Shown: one piece after another, positions 10,053-23,197 of the stretch
Layout: each line of letters opens with the position of its first letter
Position numbering within the stretch: position 1 is the stretch's first letter
DNA from: a virus
Reading direction: 5' to 3' (one strand)
Virus genome (UHGV): UHGV-0117053
Length of the DNA stretch: 64,000 bases
Program-made: the position numbers and the translations under genes
The notes under the pieces: generated by a model
The model's input: the letters and a program-made list of their open reading frames with translations, nothing else
The model's database searches: none
What the model was told of the DNA's origin: nothing

Positions 10053-10541
10053 TCAAAACGGAATATCGTCGTCAAAGTCCATTGGAGGTTCGTTATTGGC
10101 GTTGCTCTGAGGTTTACCGCCACCACTGTATTGCTGGTGGTTTTGAGGTTGGTTTGATTGCCCCCAGCCATTTGAGGACTGTGAATCGTCACGGCGAGCG
10201 CCGATCATTTGCATGGTGCCGCCCTGGCTGACGATAATTTCCGTCGTGTAACGTTCTACACCGGCGTCATCTGTCCACTTACGGGTTTTAAGTTTCCCTT
10301 CGATGTAGACCTGAGAACCTTTTCGTAAATACTCACTCGCAATTTCAGCAAGTTTTCCGAACAAAACGACTTTATGCCATTCTGTTTGCTCTTTCTGTTG
10401 GCCCGTTTGCTTGTCCCGCCATGATTCATTCGTTGCGATGCTGAGTCTTCCGACCGCGCCGCCATTTGGTATATACCTGATCTCCGGGTCTTGCCCCAGG
10501 GTACCAATCAGGATGACTTTGTTTACACCGCGTTGTGCCAC
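10053..10541 (-). CDS. ssb: Single-stranded DNA-binding protein
   Basis: Near-identical pattern to E. coli SSB: OB fold, Gly/Gln-rich linker, C-terminal [11 protein letters not shown]. Confidence 0.95.
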   Translation of the reverse strand: MAQRGVNKVILIGTLGQDPEIRYIPNGGAVGRLSIATNESWRDKQTGQQKEQTEWHKVVLFGKLAEIASEYLRKGSQVYIEGKLKTRKWTDDAGVERYTTEIIVSQGGTMQMIGARRDDSQSSNGWGQSNQPQNHQQYSGGGKPQSNANNEPPMDFDDDIPF

Positions 10542-10560
10542 TTATCTTACCTAATAAAAT

Positions 10561-10577
10561 AAATTAATTAGAGCAAT
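10561..10577 (-). promoter_or_regulatory. C1 repressor operator (AAATTAATTAGAGCAAT, 1 mismatch to consensus)
   Basis: Match to P1 C1 operator consensus ATTGCTCTAATAAATTT in the ssb/lyz divergent region. Confidence 0.7.
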
Positions 10578-10710
10578 AATGTATATCTTTGAAACGTAGC
10601 TAACAAGTGATTTGCATTATCCTGTGCCTTCTAAAGGGATCGAGTCAGTCGGTATTGGCTGTGAATGGGTGTTTGTCCTGGAGCGTAAAAAATTCGCTTA
10701 TGAGGTCTTT

Positions 10711-11268
10711 ATGAAGGGAAAAACAGCCGCAGGAGGCGGTGCAATTTGCGCTATCGCGGTGATGATTACCATCGTGATGGGTAATGGCAATGTGCGAACC
10801 AACCAGGCGGGGCTTGAGCTGATTGGTAACGCTGAAGGTTGCCGACGTGATCCATACATGTGCCCGGCAGGGGTATGGACTGACGGGATCGGTAATACAC
10901 ACGGGGTAACGCCGGGTGTGCGAAAAACAGACCAGCAAATCGCCGCTGATTGGGAAAAGAATATCCTGATCGCTGAACGCTGTATTAATCAGCACTTCCG
11001 GGGCAAAGACATGCCCGATAATGCCTTCAGTGCAATGACAAGCGCGGCATTCAATATGGGATGCAATAGCTTACGGACCTACTACAGCAAAGCGCGAGGC
11101 ATGCGAGTAGAAACGTCCATCCACAAGTGGGCGCAGAAAGGGGAATGGGTGAATATGTGTAACCATCTCCCTGATTTCGTGAACAGTAACGGCGTGCCCC
11201 TGCGAGGTTTAAAGATTCGCCGTGAAAAAGAACGCCAGCTTTGCCTGACGGGACTGGTCAATGAATAA
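10711..11268 (+). CDS. lyz: Lyz, SAR-type endolysin (T4-lysozyme-like)
   Basis: 185 aa beginning MKGKTAAGGGAICAIAVMITIVMG (signal-anchor-release segment) then lysozyme domain. Confidence 0.9.
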   Translation: MKGKTAAGGGAICAIAVMITIVMGNGNVRTNQAGLELIGNAEGCRRDPYMCPAGVWTDGIGNTHGVTPGVRKTDQQIAADWEKNILIAERCINQHFRGKDMPDNAFSAMTSAAFNMGCNSLRTYYSKARGMRVETSIHKWAQKGEWVNMCNHLPDFVNSNGVPLRGLKIRREKERQLCLTGLVNE

Positions 11269-11559
11269 ACTCCGGCAGCTCCGCCGACTTTCGACAATGA
11301 AGTTATCGTTGGCGGCGATAGTTTTCGACTCGATTTTCATGGCGGTATATGTGCTCAATGAGACGTGGCCACTGGAACCGCTATTGTATGCCGGGCTTCG
11401 GCTGTGCCTGACATTTTTGAGCATGGCTGCAAGATTGATGCAGCAGAAAGAAACCGCTTCAGATTGTCCACGCCGCGCGGTGCGCAAATATATGGCACGC
11501 AGGCGAAGGCGATAATAGTTAACGAGAACCCCGGCAGCCGCCGGGGTTATTTTTGGTGG

Positions 11560-14290
<2,731 letters not shown>

Positions 14291-14328
14291 TTAATTAGAA
14301 TAATTCACATCGTGTTTGAACGGAATTT

Positions 14329-14345
14329 AACACTAGTCACTTGTT
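14329..14345. promoter_or_regulatory. Candidate late-promoter element shared by divergent prt and darB (AACACTAGTCACTTGTT)
   Basis: A(A)GTGACT-like motif about 20 nt upstream of a -10-like hexamer; related motif upstream of lyz, lydA, pacA and the 48022 operon. Confidence 0.35.
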
Positions 14346-14356
14346 AAGGATTACCA

Positions 14357-17300
14357 ATGAACAAGCTATCTATGGGGGTGTTTCGCTGTTCAAGTGTCAG
14401 CGAAATATTGAAATACATTAGGGCAATAACATCTCACCGAGCGCCGATTAAATACGGCGTGGAAAAGGTGGAAGGCAAAAGCTATGACCGACTGCGCCGG
14501 GAGGCGAATCAGAAGGCGATAGATTTGCTTAATTCGCTGGTGGACGGCGCGACACTGACAGATGAACAGCGCCAGATCCTGGCTGGGTACACCGGTGAAG
14601 GCGGCATTGGCGGGTCCGTCTCCGAATATTACACACCAAAGCCGATCGCTGAAGGTGTCTGGGAGATCATGAAGCTCTACGGCGCGGACGTAGGTAACAC
14701 TCTGGAACCATCGGCGGGCACCGGCGTTTTTAATGAGACAAAACCGGTTGGTACGGTGATGACTGCGACTGAGATCAGCAGTGTTTCCGGTCGTATAAAC
14801 CAGCTGTTACACCCGGAAGACAGCGTACAGATTTCCCCGTTCGAACAGCTGGCTGTAAGCACGCCTAACGATTCATTCGACCATGTTGTGGGTAACGTTC
14901 CGTTCGGTGGTCGTGATAACACACGCAACATCGATAAGCCTTACGCAGAAGAAACGGACATGGGTTCTTACTTCATGCTCCGCATGCTGGACAAGATAAA
15001 GCCAGGCGGATTCATGTGCGTGATTGTGCCGCCGTCCATTGTTTCAGGTTCAAACATGAAGCGGTTACGCCTGCGCCTATCACGGAAAGCTGAATTTCTT
15101 GGTGCTCACCGCTTGCCTACCGGTACTTTTGACGCAAACGGGACCAGTACAGTCGTTGATGTGGTGCTGATGCGCAAACATCCGGCAGAGATGGCTGAGA
15201 AAATCCCCCTGGTGGATGAAAGCACTCTTGAATCGGCAAATGTGCTTTGGCCAACGTTTATTTCTGGCAAGTGGTTTGAAAAGGACGGTCGCCGGTTTGT
15301 TCATGGCACCCAGGAGAAGGGATTCCAGGGGCGTATTGAGGTTCGTGCCGACGGGCAGATTGATAACCAGGCTCTTAAAGCGAAGCTGATTCATCGTTTC
15401 GAAAGTCGTATCGACTGGTCTTTGCTCAATATGGCTGAACCGTCACCGACCGCAGACGTTGTTGATGAAGGGGAAATGCGCCTGATTAATGGCGTATGGC
15501 AAAAATATGCTGGTGGTCGCTGGATTGAATCTGATGCAGGGAAGGAGCTGAAGATTGATGTTGCCAGTTATGGCGCGGACAGCTGGGAGGCTCTTCAGCG
15601 TAACCTGACTACAACAGAAGGCCGTCTCGGTATGACATTTACCCAGATGGCAAATGTCCGCGATAAGTACACCACATCAATCAGCGACGATATGGTGCAG
15701 CTGGTGGACTGGATTAACAGCCAGCCTGAAAAATACCGTGAACGCTTGTATCGCGGGGCGATGATTGGCCGGATGTTAATTGAATATCAGGACATGAAGG
15801 CCGCCGGGCATAGTGCTGAACAAATCGAACAGCAGCGCCTTTCTCTGGTATCCCGTTTGCAGGCAGAGATTGACCGTTTTGGTAACCCCGGTCGCGGTCC
15901 GATAGCGAAATTATCGGGGAGCGGTGCGCGCGCCTGGTTTGCTTTCCGTGGTGCAATTAAGCTGGATGGCACTATTTCTGACGAGCTGACAGGAAAACTG
16001 GTTACGCATGATTCCAGCGCCAGTTATGACTCCACCAGCTATCAGGACACCCTGCGTTATCTCTACAGTGATCTCACTCGCGATCCAATCCAGCTCGATG
16101 ATTTCCGCCTTGCGTTTACCGGCGAACTGCCAGCCAGTGATGACGAGTTGCTTAATTTATTGGCCAGCACCCCTGGCATTGCGGTTTCACCGTATGGCGG
16201 GATTGTTCCGTTCGCCCGCGCCACCAGCGGCGACATTAACGAGATAGTGGCACCAAAACAGGAATTCCTTGCCACACTCCCCGACGGTCCAGTAAAGAAC
16301 AACGTCCTTAATCAGCTGGCAGCGATCGAAGAGAAGCGCATCAAGACGCCAGCAGAGAATATCCGCTTTAAGCTCAATAGCCGTTGGTTCGACCGTTCCG
16401 TCATTCTGGAATTTTTGCAGGAAAACGGCTATCCGGATCTTCGCTATGTGCAGTCAGTGCAGCTGGAAGGCGACGAAATGGTTTCTGACACCTATCACGG
16501 TGGTGATGGTCTGTTCGTCGGGCACAGATACGGTGTCGTCCAGCGCAAGGATAAAGAAACAGGCGAGATCCGCTACGAGTGGGATCGTAAATCAGGTGAA
16601 AACGCGACCGGGTTCCCGGCACAGCTGGAAAAGTATCTCAATGGTGCGCGTATCGGTGGCAAAGATAGCGCGACGGCGAACGGCTACCGCGAGCAGATGG
16701 CACTGCTTGAGGACCAGTTCAATAAGTGGATCAAGACGCACGATCGCTACGATGAACTGGTTGCCAAATACAACGATGTGTTCAATAGCAATATCCCGTA
16801 TGAACACTCTGGCGATCCGCTTGGGTTGAAGGGATTAAGCGGTAAGCGCCAGCCATTTGATTACCAGAATAGCGAGGTGCGCCGACTGTCCGAAGATGGG
16901 CGCGGCATCCTGGGCTTCGGCACCGGGCTGGGTAAAACCACGACCGCGCTGGCGCTTGAGGCGTTCAACTATGAGAACGGTCGCTCCACCCGTACTGCGT
17001 ATGTAGTGCCTAAATCAGTGCTGGAAAACTGGTATTACGAAGCAAAAGAATTCCTGAGTGAAGAGGCATTCAGTAACTACCTGTTCGTCGGTCTTGATGT
17101 GCTGATGGATGGCGATCAGATTCGCCAGGTGCCGGTGCTCGATGAGAACGGTAAACCTGTTCTTGGTACTGATGGCACTCCAGTTATGCGCGATGCCCTA
17201 AAACTGGCAGATGAAGCCACTATCACGGCGCGGATGAACGCGATCCCGCACTCAAATTACCGTGCAGTCGTGTTTACCAAAGAACAATACGCCCGCATTC

Positions 17301-20300
17301 CGCTACGTGATGACACCGTAGATGAGCATGCACAGGATATGCTTTATGACTTCGTTGCCGCCGGGCGCGTAGCCAGCGCAATGGACTCCGACTCCCACCG
17401 CAAAGAGGCCGCGCGTCGCCGGGTATTGTCGGAGTATTCAGATACCGGCACCGAAAAAGCAGAGAAGTATCCGTACTTTGAGGATATGGGCTTCGATAGT
17501 GTGATCGCTGACGAAGGTCACAACTACCGCAATAGCTATAAAAATGGTCGCGAAGCGTCACAACTGGCCTATCTGCCCACCAGCGCGGTGGCGCAATCGG
17601 CGCGGGATATGGCAATTAAAAACGCGTACCTGATGAAAAAGAATGGTGGGCGCGGACCGGTTCTCCTGACTGCAACGCCAGTCGTTAACACCCCGATCGA
17701 TGCATACAACATGCTTTCTCATGTGCTGCCGAAGGAATACTGGCAGAACATGGGGATCTACGGTCCTGATGACTTCGTTAAATTCTTCGGCAAGACCAGG
17801 CTGGAAACGGTACAGAAAATTAGCGGTGAAGTTGAAGAAAAAATGGCGCTGGTGGGCTTTGAAAACCTTGATGCGCTGCGCGGTATATTCCATCGCTGGG
17901 TAACGCTTAAAACGGCGGAAGACGTTAAGGATACCGTGGAGATCCCGGAGCTGGACGAACACCAGCAGGATGCACCACTTACTGAAGAACAACTGGCGGC
18001 GTATGAAGAATTGCGTCAGCAGGCGGAAGCGGCGGCCAAAGCCAACAATGGCGTAACGACCTCGGTCAATGAAGACGGCGTGATTGAGCACGAGAAAGCC
18101 CGTCCGATCTTCTCAATAATCAGGGATATGGACCGCGTATGTACTGACATGGACCTGTACTATCGCAGGATCACCTATCGTTTCCTGCCGGAGTACGCCG
18201 ATGCGGTGCAGCAGCTGGCGGACAGTTTGCCTAAACAAGCCACCAGCGAAGACGACGACAGTGATGATTCGATCACGCAGCAATCGCAATACTCCCTGAT
18301 AGATAAGGGCGAGTTTATTCAGTTGCAGGTTCCGGAAGCGTTCGAGCAGGAAGTGAATAAGCGCCTGGCCAGGTTTGGCATTGACGAACAGACCGTAACT
18401 CACCCCGTTACGCCCAAATACGCGAAGCTGATTGCCACGCTGAAGGAGTTTTTCCCGGAAGGTAAGCAAATCATCTTCACCGATGAAAAAACGCAACACC
18501 AGAAGCTCAAGCGCATTATCTGCAATGCTCTTAACCTTGAACCTTCAAAGGTGGGGATCCTGAATGCTCAGACGGTTGCCGAGGCAGGTAAAACCGGTAA
18601 GAAACTGAAAGCGGTTAAACCGCCGAAAGAGCTACCGGATGAACCAACAGATGCACAGATAGCGAAATACAACGAGCAAATGGCTCTGTATGACGCCTAT
18701 ATCGCGCAGCAAAATGAAATGTCGTTGGGCGGTCTGGAAAAGATTGCAGCCGACTTCCAGGAGGGCCGGACTCCGATCATCATCTGCAACAAAAAGGCAG
18801 AGGTGGGTATCAACCTGCATCGAGGAACGACGGATATCCACCACCTGACGTTGCCGTGGACACCAGCCAGTATCGCACAACGTAACGGTCGCGGTGCACG
18901 AGTTGGCTCCAACCGTGCAAGCGTTCGCGTTCACTACTACTGCGGCAAGGGGTCTTTCGATGAATACCGACTGAAGACGCTGAAGCGTAAAGCAGGCTGG
19001 ATCTCCGATATCCTCCGTTCAGATAAGTCAGAAATGGAGAACGCCGACGCCAATGACATGATCGAAATGCAGATGTATACCGCGAAGGATGACGGCGAAC
19101 GTCTGGCAATGATGCAGGTTCAAATGGATAAGGCGAAAGCTGCGAAACGCGCTCGCCAGAAAGAACAGGCTACTATCGACCTTCAGAACTACATCAAGGC
19201 GCAGCACGCAGCTGGTGAGGATGTGGAGGTACTTACCGCTGAATTGGAGCGAAGCAAAGCGGAACTTGAAAAGACCACCGCCGACGTCGCCAAATTCAAA
19301 CAGGCGGTAATGGCCAAAGCAGCGGATAACGCAGACTGGAAAGCCCGCTGGGGTAGCGTCCATCACACAGACCGTATGTTGTTAGCACAGTATCGCGCGT
19401 CGTTGAAAAGCGCCATTCAGCGCAAGGCTAATATCTCTCAGGCCATCTCCCGCTATGAGAAATTATTGAACCGTACTCAGAAGGCCGCGACGGATATCAA
19501 ACGCCTGCGCCCGCTGGTGGAGGATGCAATAAATAAAGGCATTCTGGATGTTGATCCTGATCTGGTTAACCATGCGAATGAGTTCCTTGTTATCGGCGAT
19601 CGCTCATGGCGTGTAGGCCAATACTATGATTGTGCCGGTGATATCGTTCGCATTAAGTCGCTGGACTTCGACAGCCAGCGCGCAGACGTGGAGATCATCT
19701 TTACCTTCAAAGGCACCAAATCGGGTAACTGGGATGTGAAGACGCTGGATAAACAGGTTGATGTAACTCCCGATGAAGATGCTGTTATGCAGAAAATCAG
19801 TGGTGGCGTCTCCATCGCCGGGATTAACGACATCATTTCCTGTGACGATTTCTACCGTTTCCAGCAGCGCGGTATGATCAAAATCACTGACTCATACGGC
19901 GTTCAGACTACAGAGTCAGGCTATAGCATTGATTTTGTTGGTTCCTATACGGCCCCACTGAAGCATGCGGTTTACCCGGATCGCCGTGACGGCGCGCTGA
20001 AGTCGTCAATTGCAAAATGGGTGCTTGGTATGATGTCGGAAGGGAATAACCGCCAGATCCGTTCGGCAGAAACATTCCTGGTTGAATTGTTTGGCTCCAA
20101 TTATGGCGATGTAATCGCGTCATACGGAGATACGCTATCCCCTGAAGCAATTCAGGAGAAAATAGCGGATGCGATCGCAAAAATGCCGGAGAAAACAAGC
20201 CAGGGGGCTACTCGTAACGGGGATTCTGAACTTGAGGTCACCAATGCCATTTTCGGTACCCATGAGTTCCGGGCGTCAGATTATGAGATCACCACAGCAC

Positions 20301-21124
20301 AGTTTGGCACCATTGGCATTTACAGCAATAAAGCCGAGATCAAGCAGGCAATGGACTCAGCAAGCGCGCGCATCGCAGCAGAACGGGAAGCCAATCTGAA
20401 TCATGCAGTCGCCGCACTGACTCAATCGTGGGTAACAGCAATCAGGGAGGCCGCTACCACAGGGAAAATCACACCTGCAATTGCGGATGTCGTAAACGAC
20501 GGCTCTAAATTTATGGATGCCTATCAAATGGATGCGGTGCAGTTGCCATCAGCCTATGGCCAACTCAGCTATCGCATGACCTACAACCTGGTATCAATGT
20601 TTTCCGACCTTGCCATCCTTGGGCTGGTGGATCTTAACGAAGTTACGCCGGAATTGCTCAGCATGCGTAAGAATCATGTGGAGATATTGCAGAGAATTAA
20701 CACGGTTCTTGCCGGGCGCACCGATGAAGAGAAACAGGCCGACGCTGATCGGATAAACCTGGCCCTTGGCAACATCACGGAGGAAGAAATTGCCGCCAGA
20801 AACGAGAAACAAGAAGAGTTATCATCAATACAGGGTGATGCCACCAGCATAGCTCAGTCTCTTGGTCTGAATTATCGCGTATCCACCGCCGACCTGAAGA
20901 TGATGTACGCACCAAAATTCGCCGCTGGCGAGGTATTTGGGCTTCAGGAAGCCTCAGGCATGAAAGGCGTTCTTTTCCGTGCGAAAGACGCAATCAAGGC
21001 GAAATTCGGCGCTCGCTGGCTGCCAGCGAAGGCGAAGAACAGCGATTTCCCGGGTAACTGGTGGATTATCGAGACAAAACACAACGTGGCGGACGTTCTG
21101 GCCGTCATCCAACAATACGCATAA
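14357..21124 (+). CDS. darB: DarB antirestriction protein (N6-adenine methyltransferase plus DExH helicase domains)
   Basis: 2255 aa; GNVPFGG methyltransferase-like motif, GTGLGKT Walker A and DEGH box. Confidence 0.9.
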   Translation: MNKLSMGVFRCSSVSEILKYIRAITSHRAPIKYGVEKVEGKSYDRLRREANQKAIDLLNSLVDGATLTDEQRQILAGYTGEGGIGGSVSEYYTPKPIAEGVWEIMKLYGADVGNTLEPSAGTGVFNETKPVGTVMTATEISSVSGRINQLLHPEDSVQISPFEQLAVSTPNDSFDHVVGNVPFGGRDNTRNIDKPYAEETDMGSYFMLRMLDKIKPGGFMCVIVPPSIVSGSNMKRLRLRLSRKAEFLGAHRLPTGTFDANGTSTVVDVVLMRKHPAEMAEKIPLVDESTLESANVLWPTFISGKWFEKDGRRFVHGTQEKGFQGRIEVRADGQIDNQALKAKLIHRFESRIDWSLLNMAEPSPTADVVDEGEMRLINGVWQKYAGGRWIESDAGKELKIDVASYGADSWEALQRNLTTTEGRLGMTFTQMANVRDKYTTSISDDMVQLVDWINSQPEKYRERLYRGAMIGRMLIEYQDMKAAGHSAEQIEQQRLSLVSRLQAEIDRFGNPGRGPIAKLSGSGARAWFAFRGAIKLDGTISDELTGKLVTHDSSASYDSTSYQDTLRYLYSDLTRDPIQLDDFRLAFTGELPASDDELLNLLASTPGIAVSPYGGIVPFARATSGDINEIVAPKQEFLATLPDGPVKNNVLNQLAAIEEKRIKTPAENIRFKLNSRWFDRSVILEFLQENGYPDLRYVQSVQLEGDEMVSDTYHGGDGLFVGHRYGVVQRKDKETGEIRYEWDRKSGENATGFPAQLEKYLNGARIGGKDSATANGYREQMALLEDQFNKWIKTHDRYDELVAKYNDVFNSNIPYEHSGDPLGLKGLSGKRQPFDYQNSEVRRLSEDGRGILGFGTGLGKTTTALALEAFNYENGRSTRTAYVVPKSVLENWYYEAKEFLSEEAFSNYLFVGLDVLMDGDQIRQVPVLDENGKPVLGTDGTPVMRDALKLADEATITARMNAIPHSNYRAVVFTKEQYARIPLRDDTVDEHAQDMLYDFVAAGRVASAMDSDSHRKEAARRRVLSEYSDTGTEKAEKYPYFEDMGFDSVIADEGHNYRNSYKNGREASQLAYLPTSAVAQSARDMAIKNAYLMKKNGGRGPVLLTATPVVNTPIDAYNMLSHVLPKEYWQNMGIYGPDDFVKFFGKTRLETVQKISGEVEEKMALVGFENLDALRGIFHRWVTLKTAEDVKDTVEIPELDEHQQDAPLTEEQLAAYEELRQQAEAAAKANNGVTTSVNEDGVIEHEKARPIFSIIRDMDRVCTDMDLYYRRITYRFLPEYADAVQQLADSLPKQATSEDDDSDDSITQQSQYSLIDKGEFIQLQVPEAFEQEVNKRLARFGIDEQTVTHPVTPKYAKLIATLKEFFPEGKQIIFTDEKTQHQKLKRIICNALNLEPSKVGILNAQTVAEAGKTGKKLKAVKPPKELPDEPTDAQIAKYNEQMALYDAYIAQQNEMSLGGLEKIAADFQEGRTPIIICNKKAEVGINLHRGTTDIHHLTLPWTPASIAQRNGRGARVGSNRASVRVHYYCGKGSFDEYRLKTLKRKAGWISDILRSDKSEMENADANDMIEMQMYTAKDDGERLAMMQVQMDKAKAAKRARQKEQATIDLQNYIKAQHAAGEDVEVLTAELERSKAELEKTTADVAKFKQAVMAKAADNADWKARWGSVHHTDRMLLAQYRASLKSAIQRKANISQAISRYEKLLNRTQKAATDIKRLRPLVEDAINKGILDVDPDLVNHANEFLVIGDRSWRVGQYYDCAGDIVRIKSLDFDSQRADVEIIFTFKGTKSGNWDVKTLDKQVDVTPDEDAVMQKISGGVSIAGINDIISCDDFYRFQQRGMIKITDSYGVQTTESGYSIDFVGSYTAPLKHAVYPDRRDGALKSSIAKWVLGMMSEGNNRQIRSAETFLVELFGSNYGDVIASYGDTLSPEAIQEKIADAIAKMPEKTSQGATRNGDSELEVTNAIFGTHEFRASDYEITTAQFGTIGIYSNKAEIKQAMDSASARIAAEREANLNHAVAALTQSWVTAIREAATTGKITPAIADVVNDGSKFMDAYQMDAVQLPSAYGQLSYRMTYNLVSMFSDLAILGLVDLNEVTPELLSMRKNHVEILQRINTVLAGRTDEEKQADADRINLALGNITEEEIAARNEKQEELSSIQGDATSIAQSLGLNYRVSTADLKMMYAPKFAAGEVFGLQEASGMKGVLFRAKDAIKAKFGARWLPAKAKNSDFPGNWWIIETKHNVADVLAVIQQYA

Positions 21125-21157
21125 CAGGAGCGCCCGGTTCGCCGGGCGTCGCATAAT

Positions 21158-21598
21158 ATGGCCACACTATCTGATACAATAAAACCGAATAAAACATATC
21201 TTGAGGCGGTACTCCGTACAGCGTTGTTAGGAAAGACAGAAGACGAATACGTTGATTTCTTCCTGTCAGGGCTACGCGGGCGATTACTGAAAAATCCCCG
21301 CCTGTACCGCAGCTATGGTCCATACTGGCCGGAAATTAAAAAATTATTACTGGAGCGCGGTTATGGTAATTTCGGTCGTCTCGTTGACCGTGACGTTCGC
21401 AAAATTTACCGTTATGACCGCCCGGCGCTGACGCTCATAGCTGCGACGCTCTACAGCCAGGAGCGTTTTGATAATGGTCAGATATACTCAGCCTGGCATT
21501 TACTGCCAGTGCCTGAAGAGGTTGACGACCAGGACTATGAGTTTGAGTCTTACGATTTGGAAGTTGAAGCCTTAGCACAGGCTGGAGAGAAAACTTGA
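21158..21598 (+). CDS. ulx: Ulx
   Basis: 146 aa between darB and lxc, stop overlaps the lxc start. Confidence 0.65.
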   Translation: MATLSDTIKPNKTYLEAVLRTALLGKTEDEYVDFFLSGLRGRLLKNPRLYRSYGPYWPEIKKLLLERGYGNFGRLVDRDVRKIYRYDRPALTLIAATLYSQERFDNGQIYSAWHLLPVPEEVDDQDYEFESYDLEVEALAQAGEKT

Positions 21599-21843
21599 AA
21601 AAGCGATACTACACAGTAAAGCATGGGACGCTACGAGCATTACAAGAGTTTGCTGATAAGCATAACGTTGAGGTGCGCAGGGAAGGGGGAAGTAAAGCTC
21701 TGCGCATGTACCGTCCGGACGGGAAATGGCGTACGGTCGTCGATTTCAAAACTAACAGCGTTCCCCAGGGCGTCCGTGACCGGGCATTCGAAGAATGGGA
21801 GCAGATCATCATAGATAACGCATTGCTCCTGAATGCTGATTAA
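21595..21843 (+). CDS. lxc: Lxc (Bof), C1 co-repressor
   Basis: 82 aa, size and position as recalled for P1 lxc/bof. Confidence 0.8.
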   Translation: MKKRYYTVKHGTLRALQEFADKHNVEVRREGGSKALRMYRPDGKWRTVVDFKTNSVPQGVRDRAFEEWEQIIIDNALLLNAD

Positions 21844-21846
21844 TTT

Positions 21847-21879
21847 ATCGGGCAGTTTTATCTGCCCGATAAATTTTTA
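21847..21879. terminator. Inverted-repeat terminator between lxc and the SIR2-like gene
   Basis: ATCGGGCAG-TTTTAT-CTGCCCGAT followed by AAATTTTTA. Confidence 0.6.
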
Positions 21880-21889
21880 TCGACCACAA

Positions 21890-23197
21890 TTACACTATAT
21901 TCTTAACTATAAGGTTGGCGTCCTTCAAGGTGCCTAATGTTTCAATGTGGTTTTTTATCATTAATCTATTTGAGGCAATTATTGCAGGCCATCGTGTTTC
22001 CCAAGCTCTGTAAGCATGCCAAGAAACTCCCCAATTCCTTTCTTTACTCATATGACCCATCGAGTATTCAACTGCGTCTAAATATGTTTTTTCATACTTA
22101 GTATTGCTAACCTCTATGATGCTTCCAAAATATATAAGCCATTTTGCCAACTGTTCATATTGCTCCCACGCTCCGTTATTCCTTGTTAACTTTCTCTTTT
22201 TTTCTATTATCCTTTCGAAAAGAGAAACGACTTTATCATCATTCCAATCTAAACCTTCCGATATAATTGATGATATAATTTGATAAAATGAATCCTCTAA
22301 TTTAAGATATTCATTTTTATAAGTGTAAGCCCCCGAAACAACTTTTCTGATATTTTCGCGCGCTCTTTCAATGATGTCTTTAATGAGAGAAATCTTATAA
22401 CTTAATCGACTAAAGAAACAATCTATTTCTGTATTGTCAATTACCCTTATACCAAAGCAATAGAAGTAATAATCCTTCATATCTTGACTTACTTTGTTGC
22501 GAGATATCAAAAAGATATTAGAGCACAGGGCATTATTTTTCGAAAATTTTTTATAGTCATTTATAATTGCTTTAAGATTTGTGTCGCTTAAAGAATACCC
22601 TAATATCGCAACTGTATTTTCATGCAGCATCGTACTAAGTTTTCGTGAAAAATAAGTATCGGAATTTATAAATCTGAAGTAATCATCTGAAGTGACAATC
22701 ATATTTTTTGGCGAATCAATAGAACCATGAACATGATATATTTTCACCTTGGATGGATACTTTGGAATTGGCAGACCGGGCGTGATAGACTGCACACTTT
22801 CATCTCCAACCAAGCATTCAGCCAACTTGTCATAATTTGTTGTAATGACACGGAATGAGTTTTTTTGGAAAAAATCTTTTATATTTGATATGTCTTCTCC
22901 AAGTTGAATTGGAGATATGATGTCAACAATTTCATCATAAATCGACTTACCCTCAATATTGAGCTTCAAAGATAGTATTTGTGCGGCTTCTTCAAGACTC
23001 AGTGCTGGTGGTTTATCATCAGGGAATAACGTGTCTTCCAACTTTTTGGCATTGTGAACTTTGCTGCAAACTTTTTTTAATAGTTCCTTCCACGTTGGAG
23101 CTTCACCGTTCGAGACTGCCTTTGAAAAGCCAGTCCCGGTAAATAGACAAAGCCTGCTTGTAGCGGCAGCGTATGCTAACTCAACATATTCGCTCAT
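21890..23197 (-). CDS. SIR2-like (sirtuin-fold NADase-type) protein, candidate antiphage effector
   Basis: 435 aa; motifs LFTGTGFS, ITTNYDKLAE, YHVHGS, ILGYSLSD in SIR2 order; AT-rich codon usage unlike flanking backbone; GGAG RBS. Confidence 0.85.
   Translation of the reverse strand: MSEYVELAYAAATSRLCLFTGTGFSKAVSNGEAPTWKELLKKVCSKVHNAKKLEDTLFPDDKPPALSLEEAAQILSLKLNIEGKSIYDEIVDIISPIQLGEDISNIKDFFQKNSFRVITTNYDKLAECLVGDESVQSITPGLPIPKYPSKVKIYHVHGSIDSPKNMIVTSDDYFRFINSDTYFSRKLSTMLHENTVAILGYSLSDTNLKAIINDYKKFSKNNALCSNIFLISRNKVSQDMKDYYFYCFGIRVIDNTEIDCFFSRLSYKISLIKDIIERARENIRKVVSGAYTYKNEYLKLEDSFYQIISSIISEGLDWNDDKVVSLFERIIEKKRKLTRNNGAWEQYEQLAKWLIYFGSIIEVSNTKYEKTYLDAVEYSMGHMSKERNWGVSWHAYRAWETRWPAIIASNRLMIKNHIETLGTLKDANLIVKNIV

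Noticed and set aside
11261-11515. 84-aa ORF overlapping the last codons of lyz
   Set aside because: Could be a small lysis-associated membrane protein, but the start is embedded in lyz without a clear RBS and the C-terminus is Arg-rich low complexity; left unannotated.
21890-23197. Calling the SIR2-like protein a Thoeris ThsA or a DSR protein
   Set aside because: No glycine-rich SLOG-like C-terminal domain and no adjacent TIR (ThsB) gene; at 435 aa it is less than half the size of DSR1/DSR2.
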